From the IMG/VR virus record IMGVR_UViG_3300035126_000842, positions 32,001-96,000 of that record: a stretch of DNA of 64,000 nucleotides; one strand, given 5' to 3'. The position numbers were made by a program, and so were the translations under genes. Below are positions 19,176 through 30,421 of this stretch, in pieces. Positions within the stretch are counted from its first letter, which is position 1. Each line of letters opens with the position of its first letter. The notes beneath the pieces were generated by a model that searched no databases, was not told where the DNA came from, and saw only the letters and a program-made list of their open reading frames with translations. This DNA comes from a virus.

Positions 19176-22100
19176 TTAACAATTTCTTATAATTTCTAAA
19201 ACTTTATTCAATTCATTCTCGTTTATGTTTGCTTTGTCAATAGTTTCTCTGACTACAACTTTAGCTACAAGATTAGGAGGTAAAAATTGCTTATTTATTT
19301 TACCAAATTTTTGATACAAAACAAAGGCGTTTATGTATAATAATCCTGTAAGTATCTTTTCTATTTCAGGATCTCGATTAGTTATAGAATCATATACAAG
19401 AACATTTTTTATTCTTGCTTCATCTTGAATGCTTTTAGTTTCTATAATATTATTACCAAATACATAACGAATGTTAAAATTAACATCTTTTGGTATCTGA
19501 TCATATTTCTCAGAGATACTATCGTAGAATTTTTTATAGAGCTCGTTTTTAACAGTTGCAAAATTTTCACCTTTAGCTACTCTACCTTGTATTGTATTAT
19601 GTACAGACTTAGCTAAACTATAATCAGGAATATAAACTTCTAATTCTGTTTTTGATTCTAGAGTTTGAGTAGTAGGTTTTGCAGTTACAGTAGGTGTAGC
19701 AGATACGTTTTGATATGCCTGTTTTAAAGCATTCATAAACATATTTTTTGGATTTTTACTAGACCATCTACCAGTTCCCATAGTATGAGTAGATTTATCT
19801 AAAAACGCTAAACCTCCTCTTTCTGTAATTTGTGTAACTAGATTAGGATATTGTTTTAACTTATCAGTTATTAATCCTATCATAAGTTTCATATCATAAG
19901 CATCTCCTTCTGTTCCTTTAGGAATGCCTTTTGACATTGCATTGTTTGATTTATACCAAGCTTCTACTGATTGACCATAAGCATCAGCATAAGTTTTTAG
20001 TCCTTTATCTATTGCCCACTTAACCGCTAAATCATTACTATCTAATTTAACAGAGTCAGGGTTTTTTAAAGATTTATCTGTAGGGATTATATCAAATTTA
20101 GATTTACCATTTGTAGCAAAATGTACATTAGTTAAATCATTTCCTAATCCTGTTTGCTTAGAATTAATTTCAATACCTTCACTTACAGTAGGTGTAGTAG
20201 GTTGATTCCAATTATACTCATTTATAAGATAATCTAAAGCTGTAGCATGAGTAGCATATCCTTTTTCTTGATAATATATAATAGGTCTATTTTTCAGTTT
20301 ACCGTTTTTAATATCATCAATAATAGCTTGCCTATATTCAGGTGTAGCTTCAGTAACACCCATGTTATCTCCAGTAATCATCCAGTGTATAAATCGTTTA
20401 GTAGATTTTATACCTTGTTCATCGCGGGTACCTGTTTCAGCTTGCCAGTCAAAAGGATTACCTATTGTTAATGCAGGTTCTCCACTAAGCCTACCTTTAT
20501 AGTTTTGCAAGAAAGTATTTGTTTTTTTACCTCTATATGCAATTATAAGGTTATCTCCAAACCAAGCTCTTGCTTCTGGTACCACTTCACTCCAAAATGT
20601 TTTTGCACTATACTTTACATCAGATAAATCTCCTTGACCTGCTATCTCTACATTAGTAGATTTTGTTTTTTTATCTTTATTAATCTTATCATATATAGTT
20701 CTAGCAGTTTCGGGTTGAGTACTTACCGCAGTTTGTGTAGTATCTGTAGTAGAAGTAGAAACAGATTTTGCAACAAACAGAGTAGATTTAGTAGTCTTAA
20801 TATTTCTGTAAGGAACTACATCTAAAGTGTTTTTAGTTTCGCTTTCTTGTTCAGGTACAACGTATATATAACCAGGTTTTTTATGATTATTAGCAGCAAC
20901 TACATCTGATTCTATAGATTTAAGTAGTTTTTCTAACTCTGGTTTACTCATAGCTACAGTTGCTAAGTTTTTCAACAGACTTTCATTTACAAACAACTGT
21001 TGTACTTTACTAGAAGTAGAGCTAGTATTATTTTGCATAACTGAAAATAATCCTACCCCAGTTAAAATATCACTTAGGACCATGTTATCAAAACTATTGG
21101 ATAAAGTTCTTTTAGTAGGATCAATAAGTGTTTGTATTTGTTTTCTATAGTATTCAAGATTGTCTTTAATACCTACGATTTCAATTTGTAAAGTATCGGA
21201 GTTATCTTTGATTTTAGTATTTAGATTATTTAATACAGGGTATGCTTGTAACAAAACGTTAGCATAAGCAACTTTAATTTGATTAATAAAGTAACCTATG
21301 TTTGTTGAAGTTTGAGATATACTTTTAGTACTTAATACTGATACAGGCATAGAACTAATAGTAGCCATATCTCGTAAGAACAACTGATAAGCATACTGCG
21401 ATTTACTCAAGTTAGGTTTTTTACTTTTTATATCTTTATAGGTAGCATCTTCTTCTATATTTTTATAAACCTGTTTGTAATAAGTAGAATTTTTAAAGTC
21501 GTTAAAAGGATATTTGTTTTTTGCTATCTCATACTCAATAAGATATTTTTCTAGTCTTTTAGTACCTTTAAGAATTCTATAATCTGGCTTAACTATATTG
21601 TAAGCAACATAATAGTCAGATGAATCTAAATCTGAACTAGTACCTGCTGCAAAAAGAGCAATATTTAGTCTATTAACATAAAGAGATTTTTCTACAACAT
21701 TGTTTGCTTCATCAGTAACTTCAATAACTTTTACTGCAGATGTAAGTAATATATTAAAATCGTTTTTAAGTACAGATGTTTGTACAGCATTATTATCTGC
21801 ATCAAACTCAGTACTTGCTATTACGTTAAAACCTTTATATACATCGTTCTTATAACGAGAATTTAAAAGTTTTTGAAGCATTACAGATCTAATGATGTTA
21901 GAATAAAGTTTTATTGCAGTTTTAGTGTCTTTAAAAGGCATCTGTGATTCATAGATTTTATCTTGATAGTGGTTTCTATAGATAAAATCAACAACTTGTA
22001 TCATAGATGGAGACAAGGATTCTAATAAAGTTTTAGGTAGACTTCCGGTATTAATATAAAAAGATGATCTTACACTATTTCTTTTTATAGAAAGCAATGA

Positions 22101-25100
22101 TTCTTTTGTAAACTCAGGCATTGTAGAGTATAGTTCTTGAAACTTTCTATCAAAAAGAATAAAGTCAAGTATAGATGCAAATCTTTGACGGTCAGGGCGT
22201 AAAGCAAATGAAAGTTTATTAATAGTTGAATCAAACATTTGGTTTAAAGCTAGATAATGTATTAACCCTATTGCCTGATTTAAAACATTTGTATTGTAAT
22301 CAGAGTTACCTATGTAATGGGCAGCATTAAAATCTAGAGATTCATATACTAATTTAGACTCTTCAGCAAATACGTTATTAAGTTTTACTATACTTGTCTT
22401 TGTAAACTTTTGCCCTAGAATAGTATTAACTTTATTTTTGATTTCACTGCTGTAGTTTGATTGTTCTACTAATTTTCTGAATTCATTAGGTTGTATAATA
22501 CTTTTAAATTTATCTACTGTAGATGGAGATTTAGTATTATTTAATATTCTACCAAAAAATGGTAACAAAGGGGTTTTGGCTATTTCTGTGTATCTAACAT
22601 ACAGGTTTACCATAGGATTTAGTAGGAAAATAGATACTGGTTCTTCGTTAACACCTGCTCCCGTTAAACCTAATTGAAAAGATGCTGTATTTTTTCTAAT
22701 ACCCAAACGTAACAACCAAGGGTCTTTTTCTACGTCAACGGAAGCTTGAATCTTTTGCCCTGTGTAATCACCTTTGTCTTTACCATTTAAGTTAGTAAGA
22801 GCAGAATAATCTAAAGCATCTATTTCTACAGTAACGTTATCTGAATCTACTATTACATCAATTTCATGTTTAGTAGTTTTATAGTTGAAAGGTATTTTTA
22901 CTACTGTTACCGAGCCGTTTTTACCTATTATAGCATTAGGCATTTGTAGATTTGACTCAGCCATTTCATTAAGCATTGATGAAAATACGGCAATAATACC
23001 TAGACTTTTTTTACCGGCACTATTATAATCAAGCTTAAGTAATGATTGAAAAGGGTCTGTAATGTAACTATAGTTAGTTGCTATAGGAAACTCTGATAGC
23101 GTTATGTTATCATTACGTTTAGATATTTCTTTTAAGTTTTCATCTGTAGTAGGAAGAATGAGATACGGCAACAGTTCTTCAATAAGAAGCAATGAAGCTA
23201 CATTTTTGTTTATTCTATTGCCTAAAGCACCTGCTATGTTTTTGTAGTAGTAAACTTCTTTCTGATACTCTTCTGCTACTTTAAGCATTTGCTTTTCAGC
23301 TTCGGTTAAAGTATCTTCTTTAGTTTCTAATTCAGATTTATTTGTAAATATATCAGCGATTTTCTGATTGATATCTTCAATTTTTTTCTCAATAGACTCT
23401 AAAGTTTCATCACCTTCTAGCGTTAACTCATCATATTCAGCAAGAGCTTCTTGATTGTTATTAACTACTTTACGATATTGTTTTGCTTTATTAGCACTGG
23501 CTAATTCAGCTACATTTTGCATTCCAGTTCTTTTTAAGTCTGTAGTTACAGCACTTAATATTTTTCTTAATAGTTTATAGTAAGCAGCAGATCTTTCTTC
23601 TTCTACTTTGAGTTTACTATTAAGTTCTTTTATTTTAGCTTTGCTTTCATTGTAGCTTAGTGAATACTTGAGTATATTACCTTCTTCGTCAAAGCTAGGA
23701 TAAAGAAGTGTCAGTTTATCAACGTCAAAGTCACCACCTGATTTAGCTACTATTTCTGAAGGGAGTACAATTATATTACTTGCAATAGGGTCTAAAAATT
23801 CTTCAATTTCTAAAACCTCCATAGAAGGGTGAGCATGCACCGGAATTCTATCACCTGTAATGATAAACTTGTCCATATGCAATTTCTTCCATTCAGGTTT
23901 TGCCATCATCTCATTTAGTCGCGGTATTGTACCAATAGAATTACCGTCAGTGTGAGTAAGATTTAAAAGTTTGTAAAAATCACCCTGCATTGAGATTTTA
24001 ACTTGCGCAGGAAGAATTGTACCATCTTTTGCTTTTCTATATGATTTTAATTTGTTGCTGTAACGGACTTTGTCTTTAAGTACTCTTTTAAGTAGAGGGT
24101 CTGTCTCTACAAATTCCCAACCGGTATTTGCAACCTGAATCAAAGGTTCACCAGGAAACTTTTGCTGAATAATATTTTTCTCAATAATGTTTGCTATAAT
24201 GTTATCTAATATTACAGCTAAACCAGAACCTAAATAATCGTATGCAAAAGCTCCATCAATAACAGCGATCATATCTGTTTCATCTTCTGTTATATAACCT
24301 TTTTTCTTTAATAGTTCTTTGATGTAGCCTGCAAATTTTTCCATCCCTTTTTTATCAGGGTTTTTTAAATCTATTTGCAATGTAGCAGATAGTTTGTCCT
24401 TAAACATCTGTGTAGCATCTGCAATAGATTGTTTATACTCTTCTACTAAAGGTCCATACTTTTTAAATTCAGATTTAAGTTTACCATTTTCAAAGAACAA
24501 ATCTAATATCTTAGTTCTTTTCTGACTAGATACCAAAGACTTACCTTTAAATACAGGAGCAATATAAAGCTGGTCTTTAAAAAATGTAGTATTTATAAAG
24601 TTTTTGACAAAAGGTTTATCTGTTAAGTTACCTTCGTTGTCATAGAAAAGGTTAGATGTTTTATCAAAGAAGAAACTATTTTTAGAACCAGATACATAAG
24701 TTAATAATCCTATCTTTTCATTAAGCATTTTATTGTAGATAAGATTAAGATACCTTTGCTTTTGTTCTTCCCCTATTTTAGGATTAAGAACAGGTGGTAT
24801 TAATGGTACTATGTTAAACTTAAGCGTAAACGCTTGTATGTTTTTGTAAACGTTATCTTTTTTATACTTGGCAGGTCCCGCAAACTGATACTTTAATGAA
24901 GGAAAGAATTCACTAATATTCAAAGGTAATGTTTCTCCTCGCATTATTTTGTTATAATACAACTCTTTAGTATTGTCCCAATTACCTGAACTTAATGATA
25001 GCATTCTATAAGTAGGCAGTAAGACTACACCTTGCGCATCTGCTTCTTTCATATCAGAATACGGTTTTGTTCTTTTTTCTGCTACTTTAACATCTTCTAT

Positions 25101-28100
25101 TATACTTTTAATTGCTTCCTCGTATTCATTATAATTTTCTGATGTTACTTTAACATCTTCCAAAATAGCAACAGGTAGTTCTTGCATATTTATAATTTCA
25201 CTGCTGCTGTCACTAAAATCAAAAATGCTTTTTATTAAGTTTAAATAATCAGGATCTGAATAAACTGGATTTCCTCCTGAACCCCAAAGAGCATTTCTTT
25301 TACTAAATTCATCTTTGTCTAAGTTATAATTTGCTAAATCACCATAAATAAATATATTAGATTCAATATTAAATAAAGTCATGTTCATGTAAGAATGCTT
25401 GTATAGTCTTTGACCATCAGCTTCTACTTCAATACCAAGAGTTTTATTTATTGAAGCATCTATATTTGTTAAAACGGTAGGATCAATTTTTGCAAAACTA
25501 TTAATACCTGCTGTTATTCTAGAGTCGTGTTCTACTTTTATAGCGGCTTTAATAGCATCTGCTTGTGTACCTTGCAGTTTTTGTTTTACTGATGTAATAA
25601 CGTTTTCAACATTATCATTTCTTTTTGAATCATAAACTTCTTTTATTAATGATTCTACAAGGTTTGTAGTTTCAGAATCGATATAATCAAAAAACAAATA
25701 TTTTTTACCAAACTTACTAAACATTTCTACATTGTCATGCTCTCCTTGTTTTGTTTGATATACACGGATAGCTTCCGCTATAAAATAGTTATACAGTTGA
25801 TTGTAGAATACATTTTCAGCTTGAACATCTGCTGTAGCGTAACTTATAAAAGGTACCTTATCAATACTCATATAGTGTTGAGTACTTTTACCTGCATGCT
25901 GATACATTCTATAAGCATTATGAATACGAAGATTAATCATTGCTTCAATATTAGCAGTGAATACATTGTTGTCGTTTTCTGTAATACCTGTATTAGTATC
26001 GTTAGCAATACCAGACGCTTTAAACAATCTAAACTTTTTACCCTGTTGGTACACTAACTTATTAAGTAATGAGTCTGCCCAAAACGGATTTTCGTTAGGA
26101 GATTGATTGATACTTTCTTTTAGATTTTCATCGTTGTATAATTGTACATATCTCATCATGGATGACTGCAACGAAAATTCATTTTCGATATCACCGCTAG
26201 GATTAGTGTACATGTTATCGTTAGTAGTAATCTCAATCTGATTAGCAGCAGCAAATATCTTCTCTACTAAAGTTAATTGCTTTAAGTCTTTTATAGTAGG
26301 ATCTCCCTTTTTAAGCAAATTAACAATATTATCGACACTAGATAATTTGTTTCTATTATTGAACAGAACCATGTTTAATGCATTTAATCCATCAATAATT
26401 GTAGAATCTTTTAACATATCTTTTATTAAAGTATCAGGATATTCAATACTACTGTTTAGGATACCTAATAATTTCAGATAGTTAACTATTTTATATATGT
26501 TGTCTTGGTATGTAAATACAACCGTGCTTTTATACTGTGAAGATGTAGGGTCGTACAGCTTTTTATTTTCAGGGTGCGCAAAAAACTTTGCAGCATTAAA
26601 CTTTAATTCAGAACCTACTTGTTCTAAACCGTATCTATTTTGTTCTTCCACAGATAGTTTTGAAACAAAGTCTGTGTATTCTATTTCTCTCTTATTCCAA
26701 AAACTAATAAACTCTGTATTGCCTATATATGATTCTAAAATATATTGTTTCTTTTTAGAGTCATACGATACATTTGCTATAATAGGAAGTACTTTTTCTC
26801 TAGATAAACTTTTTAATAATGAGTTAAATGTAAAGAAGTGTTCTTTTACGTGCTCATAAAATGCAGGGTATGCTTTGGCTTTTTCTTCTATAACATTCTC
26901 TGCATTTTGTATATTTAGCTGTTGCCATTTTTCTAGAGTGTTACCTCCTATTATTCCATATACACTTGCATAAAATAACTTATCTGTTATTGAACTACCA
27001 TTTTGCGCATAAGCTTTAATAATTTCAGGTATGCTTAAAGGATCTAATCTACCAACTAATCCTGGTGTAGATATTAACTTAGTAATTGCAATGTTTGCAT
27101 TATCTAAGGTTAAAGGTAAACCCGCAGAATCTCTTTCTACATAATGAGAACCTAATACAATATCACCGTTTCCTGCAACACTATATTTGTTTTTAGAAAA
27201 CAACTCGTAAAATTCTCCTTTAGTAAGAATAGATTCAGCACCGGAAAGCATATTTACTTTATAGAAAAGGTCTCCTACTTTTTTAATACCTTCTGTTAGC
27301 GCATCGTTTATATACAAAGTATTATCCTTCAGCACTTTTATCTTAGGCATTTTTGTAAACATGAACTTTAAGTAAGGGGAAAAGTCATTATGTACCGAAG
27401 TGCTATTGTTACCTTTATCAGAATACTGACCATCATCTTTAGAAAGAAAATCTTCATCTTCATCTTGATAGATTTCATTGATGAATTCGTTCTCTTCTAT
27501 ATAATACTTAATAATACCTTGGTTTTCTGTTCTGCTTTTTAATTTTGTTACATCACCTAAATTTTGCAGAGCAATTCCAAAAAGCTTTACTGTTGACTCA
27601 TATGATTTTTTTAAGTCTTCGTTAGTAGTTTGCTCTACTAAGGATTTAAAAAGATTATATCTACTTTGCAGTCCTCGTGATATAAGCTGATAAACTGATT
27701 CTATGTTATCTACTTTAAATAGAAGTCTAACACTACCTAATATTTTATCTTGAGCACCTGCTTGCATTAGCATTGGTGTTATACCGGCACTAAATATAAT
27801 AGAGTCAATAGTCTTTTGTAGTAAAAGCGTTTCTTCACTAGTAAACTTATATCTAGTTTTTTTATCACCAACACCTACTATTGTTTTTTGCAAGATATTA
27901 GTTGAACCTTGATTGATATCATATCTGTAGGCTTCAAGTTTTTTAATATCTCCTGTGTATAAAGTATTAAAAATTTCTCGTATAGCAGGGTTATCAAAGG
28001 CATTTATATTATTATCTAAAGCAGTAGTTTTACTAAATAGAGAATCAAGAAGTTTTTTGATTGCTTTAAAAATTGCTTTTATTGCTTTAGTAACTACAGA

Positions 28101-30401
28101 GTTACTTTCATCTATTGCAAATAATCTATACTGATCTGCTAAAAATTCCATTGCTTCCTCATAGGTATCTATTTCAGAAGCGGGTTTTGTTATTTGTTTA
28201 TTCTTATAGTAGTATGTAACTCTACCTTTTATCTTTTTTACTTCTTCAAAAAGCTGTTGCTTTTGTTCTGGAGTAAACCACATTTCAGTAAACTCATGCC
28301 ATGCTTCATGATATAAGTCAGTATATTGTGATCCATTATATAGTGTAACACCTGCTTTACTCCAAGTAGCAAAAGCTCCTGAATTTACTATATCAAAAAG
28401 TTTTTGCAATGGTACATTTTTGGTTACAGGATTACTGTTAAACCATTCTAATGCTTTTTGATTAAGCTTATCTGTAGATAAGTTTGCAATGTTTTTAGAC
28501 ATCCATAGTACATCTCCTAAATCTTCTTCTGCTACAAATTCATCTTTTTGAGTACTAAATGGTTCAGTAAAATTTATTGCTAGTATAGGATTCAATATAG
28601 GCAATGTATCACTACCTTCTGATACAGTAACCGGTAGTTTATAATATTGTGCTATGTAGTCTGCACTATTTATTTTTGTTAATGTAAGAATTTTATTATC
28701 ACCATCTTGAACTATTGATGGAATTTCAATTTCTTGTTCATTAGGATTAAGCAAATAATTTTGCTCTAGACTTTGCCGTAAAGCTTGCTTAAAACCTTCT
28801 TTGTTATTAAGTTTTCTGTATTCTGTATAAGTCCTATCTGTTGGATTATAAATCTGTACATACCAATTTGACTCATAAGACTTTAGATTATGTTTTGCTG
28901 ATGCAGTTTTAAAGGTTATTTCTTTAAAATAAAAAGATTCAAATATTCTTTGTTTTTCTTCGGTGGTTAATGGTACCCCTTGATATAGTATTTCATCATT
29001 ACTCATTAACTCTACTAATGCATCTACAATAGGAAGTAAACGCTCGTTTTTCCTTTCTGTAGGAGACCCTAGTTTATTATTACCTAAGAAAATTGTAATG
29101 TCAAATTTATCATTTATGACCAAGCGAGCATTCTGTTTTACTCCAGAAACTTTAGCTGGGTTATAACTAACTGATGTTATACCACTTAAAAGCTCTCTCA
29201 AATCATTTGTAATATAGGTATCTCCTTTTTCTTCTAACTGGGATAGTTTAGAGATGTATCTTAAATAACCTATTCTACTATTTATATCATCTATTTTTAT
29301 TAAGTTACTTTCAGGATTTACTAAAATTTTGTCTTTAATAAAACGAGCAATATTTCTTGTAGTAGAAAGCAGATTATTTACATAGTCCTTTTTTTCGTTT
29401 TCTATTATTTCTATACTATTTTCTAACTCAATTATTCTATCAGCATTTCTTTCTGTTTCAAGATTTTCCTTGAGTGTATTTAAAGTATTGACTTTATACT
29501 TATTAGGATTTAAAACCATTCCTCTTTTTAAGAGTAAGTCTAATAGTACACTGTCTGTACTACCGTCCATATATTTATCTATGTTGTTTATTACTTCGTC
29601 TGGAATACGAGAGTAAGAAGCTATATAATAGCTACCACTAGAATCAATAACTCCATCATCATTAATAAACACAGGTTCCCCTTTAGCATCTGTTATAAGA
29701 AAGATATATTTGTTTCCTTTAGGATTACCATAAATTTTAGAAGAATCTACATCTTTTATATTATAAAGCCTGATGTAAAGGTTATTTAAAACAGGATCTT
29801 TATCTGAAATAGTTTTGAGAGTATTACTTAAAAAGTAATCAATAAACTTTCTAAAAGCTTTTACACCGTTGCTTTGAATTACATTTTTTGATAAATCGCT
29901 GTTGTCATAAAACTCAGAATCAGTTGGTTGAAATAACAAAGCAATGTTCATTGTATTAATTTCAAACAAAGATTCTTCGTAATCTCTATCATCAACAGTA
30001 GTAATACTTATTGGAGTTATAACAGGATCTACAGTAGGTTTAAGATTAAGATACTCAAGTACTTTGCCCTTAGAAGAATCAGTTGCTATATTCCAAGGTA
30101 TATTTCCAAGCTGTTCAACAATATACTCTGGAAAATACTTTGCATTTTTTTTATTTCTTGCTGTATTAACTAAAGCTACGGCACCTACTAAAGTAGCAAG
30201 TAAAGCTTTTTCATACTTTTGAGACGGTTCATCTACTATATCCGTAACTTGTTTATAGTAATCTTGAATAAAACTTTTAAGGTTTAACTCTTGATTTGGC
30301 TCTAAACTATCAAAAGCTTTTTTATAAGATAAGACGAAATGATTTTCAAAATTCTCTAAATCTTCCGTTGTAATGTTGCAAGAAGTAGCTGATATATTCA
30401 T
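19176..30401 (-). CDS. Virion-packaged RNA polymerase polyprotein (3741 aa): zincin-like domain, two-barrel RNAP core, C-terminal DUF4326-like and NADAR-like modules
   Basis: SGGDFDVDKL (DFDVD at 23718-23732, D2224), preceded by GDRIP and EADAQG, matches the DFDxD motif of crAss-like virion RNAPs such as phi14:2 gp66. YHEAWH at 28296-28310. Its only Cys are C8 and C3741. Confidence 0.88.
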   Translation of the reverse strand: MNISATSCNITTEDLENFENHFVLSYKKAFDSLEPNQELNLKSFIQDYYKQVTDIVDEPSQKYEKALLATLVGAVALVNTARNKKNAKYFPEYIVEQLGNIPWNIATDSSKGKVLEYLNLKPTVDPVITPISITTVDDRDYEESLFEINTMNIALLFQPTDSEFYDNSDLSKNVIQSNGVKAFRKFIDYFLSNTLKTISDKDPVLNNLYIRLYNIKDVDSSKIYGNPKGNKYIFLITDAKGEPVFINDDGVIDSSGSYYIASYSRIPDEVINNIDKYMDGSTDSVLLDLLLKRGMVLNPNKYKVNTLNTLKENLETERNADRIIELENSIEIIENEKKDYVNNLLSTTRNIARFIKDKILVNPESNLIKIDDINSRIGYLRYISKLSQLEEKGDTYITNDLRELLSGITSVSYNPAKVSGVKQNARLVINDKFDITIFLGNNKLGSPTERKNERLLPIVDALVELMSNDEILYQGVPLTTEEKQRIFESFYFKEITFKTASAKHNLKSYESNWYVQIYNPTDRTYTEYRKLNNKEGFKQALRQSLEQNYLLNPNEQEIEIPSIVQDGDNKILTLTKINSADYIAQYYKLPVTVSEGSDTLPILNPILAINFTEPFSTQKDEFVAEEDLGDVLWMSKNIANLSTDKLNQKALEWFNSNPVTKNVPLQKLFDIVNSGAFATWSKAGVTLYNGSQYTDLYHEAWHEFTEMWFTPEQKQQLFEEVKKIKGRVTYYYKNKQITKPASEIDTYEEAMEFLADQYRLFAIDESNSVVTKAIKAIFKAIKKLLDSLFSKTTALDNNINAFDNPAIREIFNTLYTGDIKKLEAYRYDINQGSTNILQKTIVGVGDKKTRYKFTSEETLLLQKTIDSIIFSAGITPMLMQAGAQDKILGSVRLLFKVDNIESVYQLISRGLQSRYNLFKSLVEQTTNEDLKKSYESTVKLFGIALQNLGDVTKLKSRTENQGIIKYYIEENEFINEIYQDEDEDFLSKDDGQYSDKGNNSTSVHNDFSPYLKFMFTKMPKIKVLKDNTLYINDALTEGIKKVGDLFYKVNMLSGAESILTKGEFYELFSKNKYSVAGNGDIVLGSHYVERDSAGLPLTLDNANIAITKLISTPGLVGRLDPLSIPEIIKAYAQNGSSITDKLFYASVYGIIGGNTLEKWQQLNIQNAENVIEEKAKAYPAFYEHVKEHFFTFNSLLKSLSREKVLPIIANVSYDSKKKQYILESYIGNTEFISFWNKREIEYTDFVSKLSVEEQNRYGLEQVGSELKFNAAKFFAHPENKKLYDPTSSQYKSTVVFTYQDNIYKIVNYLKLLGILNSSIEYPDTLIKDMLKDSTIIDGLNALNMVLFNNRNKLSSVDNIVNLLKKGDPTIKDLKQLTLVEKIFAAANQIEITTNDNMYTNPSGDIENEFSLQSSMMRYVQLYNDENLKESINQSPNENPFWADSLLNKLVYQQGKKFRLFKASGIANDTNTGITENDNNVFTANIEAMINLRIHNAYRMYQHAGKSTQHYMSIDKVPFISYATADVQAENVFYNQLYNYFIAEAIRVYQTKQGEHDNVEMFSKFGKKYLFFDYIDSETTNLVESLIKEVYDSKRNDNVENVITSVKQKLQGTQADAIKAAIKVEHDSRITAGINSFAKIDPTVLTNIDASINKTLGIEVEADGQRLYKHSYMNMTLFNIESNIFIYGDLANYNLDKDEFSKRNALWGSGGNPVYSDPDYLNLIKSIFDFSDSSSEIINMQELPVAILEDVKVTSENYNEYEEAIKSIIEDVKVAEKRTKPYSDMKEADAQGVVLLPTYRMLSLSSGNWDNTKELYYNKIMRGETLPLNISEFFPSLKYQFAGPAKYKKDNVYKNIQAFTLKFNIVPLIPPVLNPKIGEEQKQRYLNLIYNKMLNEKIGLLTYVSGSKNSFFFDKTSNLFYDNEGNLTDKPFVKNFINTTFFKDQLYIAPVFKGKSLVSSQKRTKILDLFFENGKLKSEFKKYGPLVEEYKQSIADATQMFKDKLSATLQIDLKNPDKKGMEKFAGYIKELLKKKGYITEDETDMIAVIDGAFAYDYLGSGLAVILDNIIANIIEKNIIQQKFPGEPLIQVANTGWEFVETDPLLKRVLKDKVRYSNKLKSYRKAKDGTILPAQVKISMQGDFYKLLNLTHTDGNSIGTIPRLNEMMAKPEWKKLHMDKFIITGDRIPVHAHPSMEVLEIEEFLDPIASNIIVLPSEIVAKSGGDFDVDKLTLLYPSFDEEGNILKYSLSYNESKAKIKELNSKLKVEEERSAAYYKLLRKILSAVTTDLKRTGMQNVAELASANKAKQYRKVVNNNQEALAEYDELTLEGDETLESIEKKIEDINQKIADIFTNKSELETKEDTLTEAEKQMLKVAEEYQKEVYYYKNIAGALGNRINKNVASLLLIEELLPYLILPTTDENLKEISKRNDNITLSEFPIATNYSYITDPFQSLLKLDYNSAGKKSLGIIAVFSSMLNEMAESNLQMPNAIIGKNGSVTVVKIPFNYKTTKHEIDVIVDSDNVTVEIDALDYSALTNLNGKDKGDYTGQKIQASVDVEKDPWLLRLGIRKNTASFQLGLTGAGVNEEPVSIFLLNPMVNLYVRYTEIAKTPLLPFFGRILNNTKSPSTVDKFKSIIQPNEFRKLVEQSNYSSEIKNKVNTILGQKFTKTSIVKLNNVFAEESKLVYESLDFNAAHYIGNSDYNTNVLNQAIGLIHYLALNQMFDSTINKLSFALRPDRQRFASILDFILFDRKFQELYSTMPEFTKESLLSIKRNSVRSSFYINTGSLPKTLLESLSPSMIQVVDFIYRNHYQDKIYESQMPFKDTKTAIKLYSNIIRSVMLQKLLNSRYKNDVYKGFNVIASTEFDADNNAVQTSVLKNDFNILLTSAVKVIEVTDEANNVVEKSLYVNRLNIALFAAGTSSDLDSSDYYVAYNIVKPDYRILKGTKRLEKYLIEYEIAKNKYPFNDFKNSTYYKQVYKNIEEDATYKDIKSKKPNLSKSQYAYQLFLRDMATISSMPVSVLSTKSISQTSTNIGYFINQIKVAYANVLLQAYPVLNNLNTKIKDNSDTLQIEIVGIKDNLEYYRKQIQTLIDPTKRTLSNSFDNMVLSDILTGVGLFSVMQNNTSSTSSKVQQLFVNESLLKNLATVAMSKPELEKLLKSIESDVVAANNHKKPGYIYVVPEQESETKNTLDVVPYRNIKTTKSTLFVAKSVSTSTTDTTQTAVSTQPETARTIYDKINKDKKTKSTNVEIAGQGDLSDVKYSAKTFWSEVVPEARAWFGDNLIIAYRGKKTNTFLQNYKGRLSGEPALTIGNPFDWQAETGTRDEQGIKSTKRFIHWMITGDNMGVTEATPEYRQAIIDDIKNGKLKNRPIIYYQEKGYATHATALDYLINEYNWNQPTTPTVSEGIEINSKQTGLGNDLTNVHFATNGKSKFDIIPTDKSLKNPDSVKLDSNDLAVKWAIDKGLKTYADAYGQSVEAWYKSNNAMSKGIPKGTEGDAYDMKLMIGLITDKLKQYPNLVTQITERGGLAFLDKSTHTMGTGRWSSKNPKNMFMNALKQAYQNVSATPTVTAKPTTQTLESKTELEVYIPDYSLAKSVHNTIQGRVAKGENFATVKNELYKKFYDSISEKYDQIPKDVNFNIRYVFGNNIIETKSIQDEARIKNVLVYDSITNRDPEIEKILTGLLYINAFVLYQKFGKINKQFLPPNLVAKVVVRETIDKANINENELNKVLEIIRNC
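19685..20197. repeat. 15-bp exact direct repeat (TTACAGTAGGTGTAG) flanking the NADAR-like module
   Basis: Copies at 19685-19699 and 20183-20197, both encoding TPTV linkers. Confidence 0.8.
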
Positions 30402-30421
30402 ATTGTAAATATAGTAAAATT

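Noticed and set aside
30402-30421. TATATT as a shared late-promoter element (also near 41135 and 63090 on the minus strand)
   Set aside because: A 6-mer of A/T in short AT-rich spacers carries too little information to call without transcription start data.
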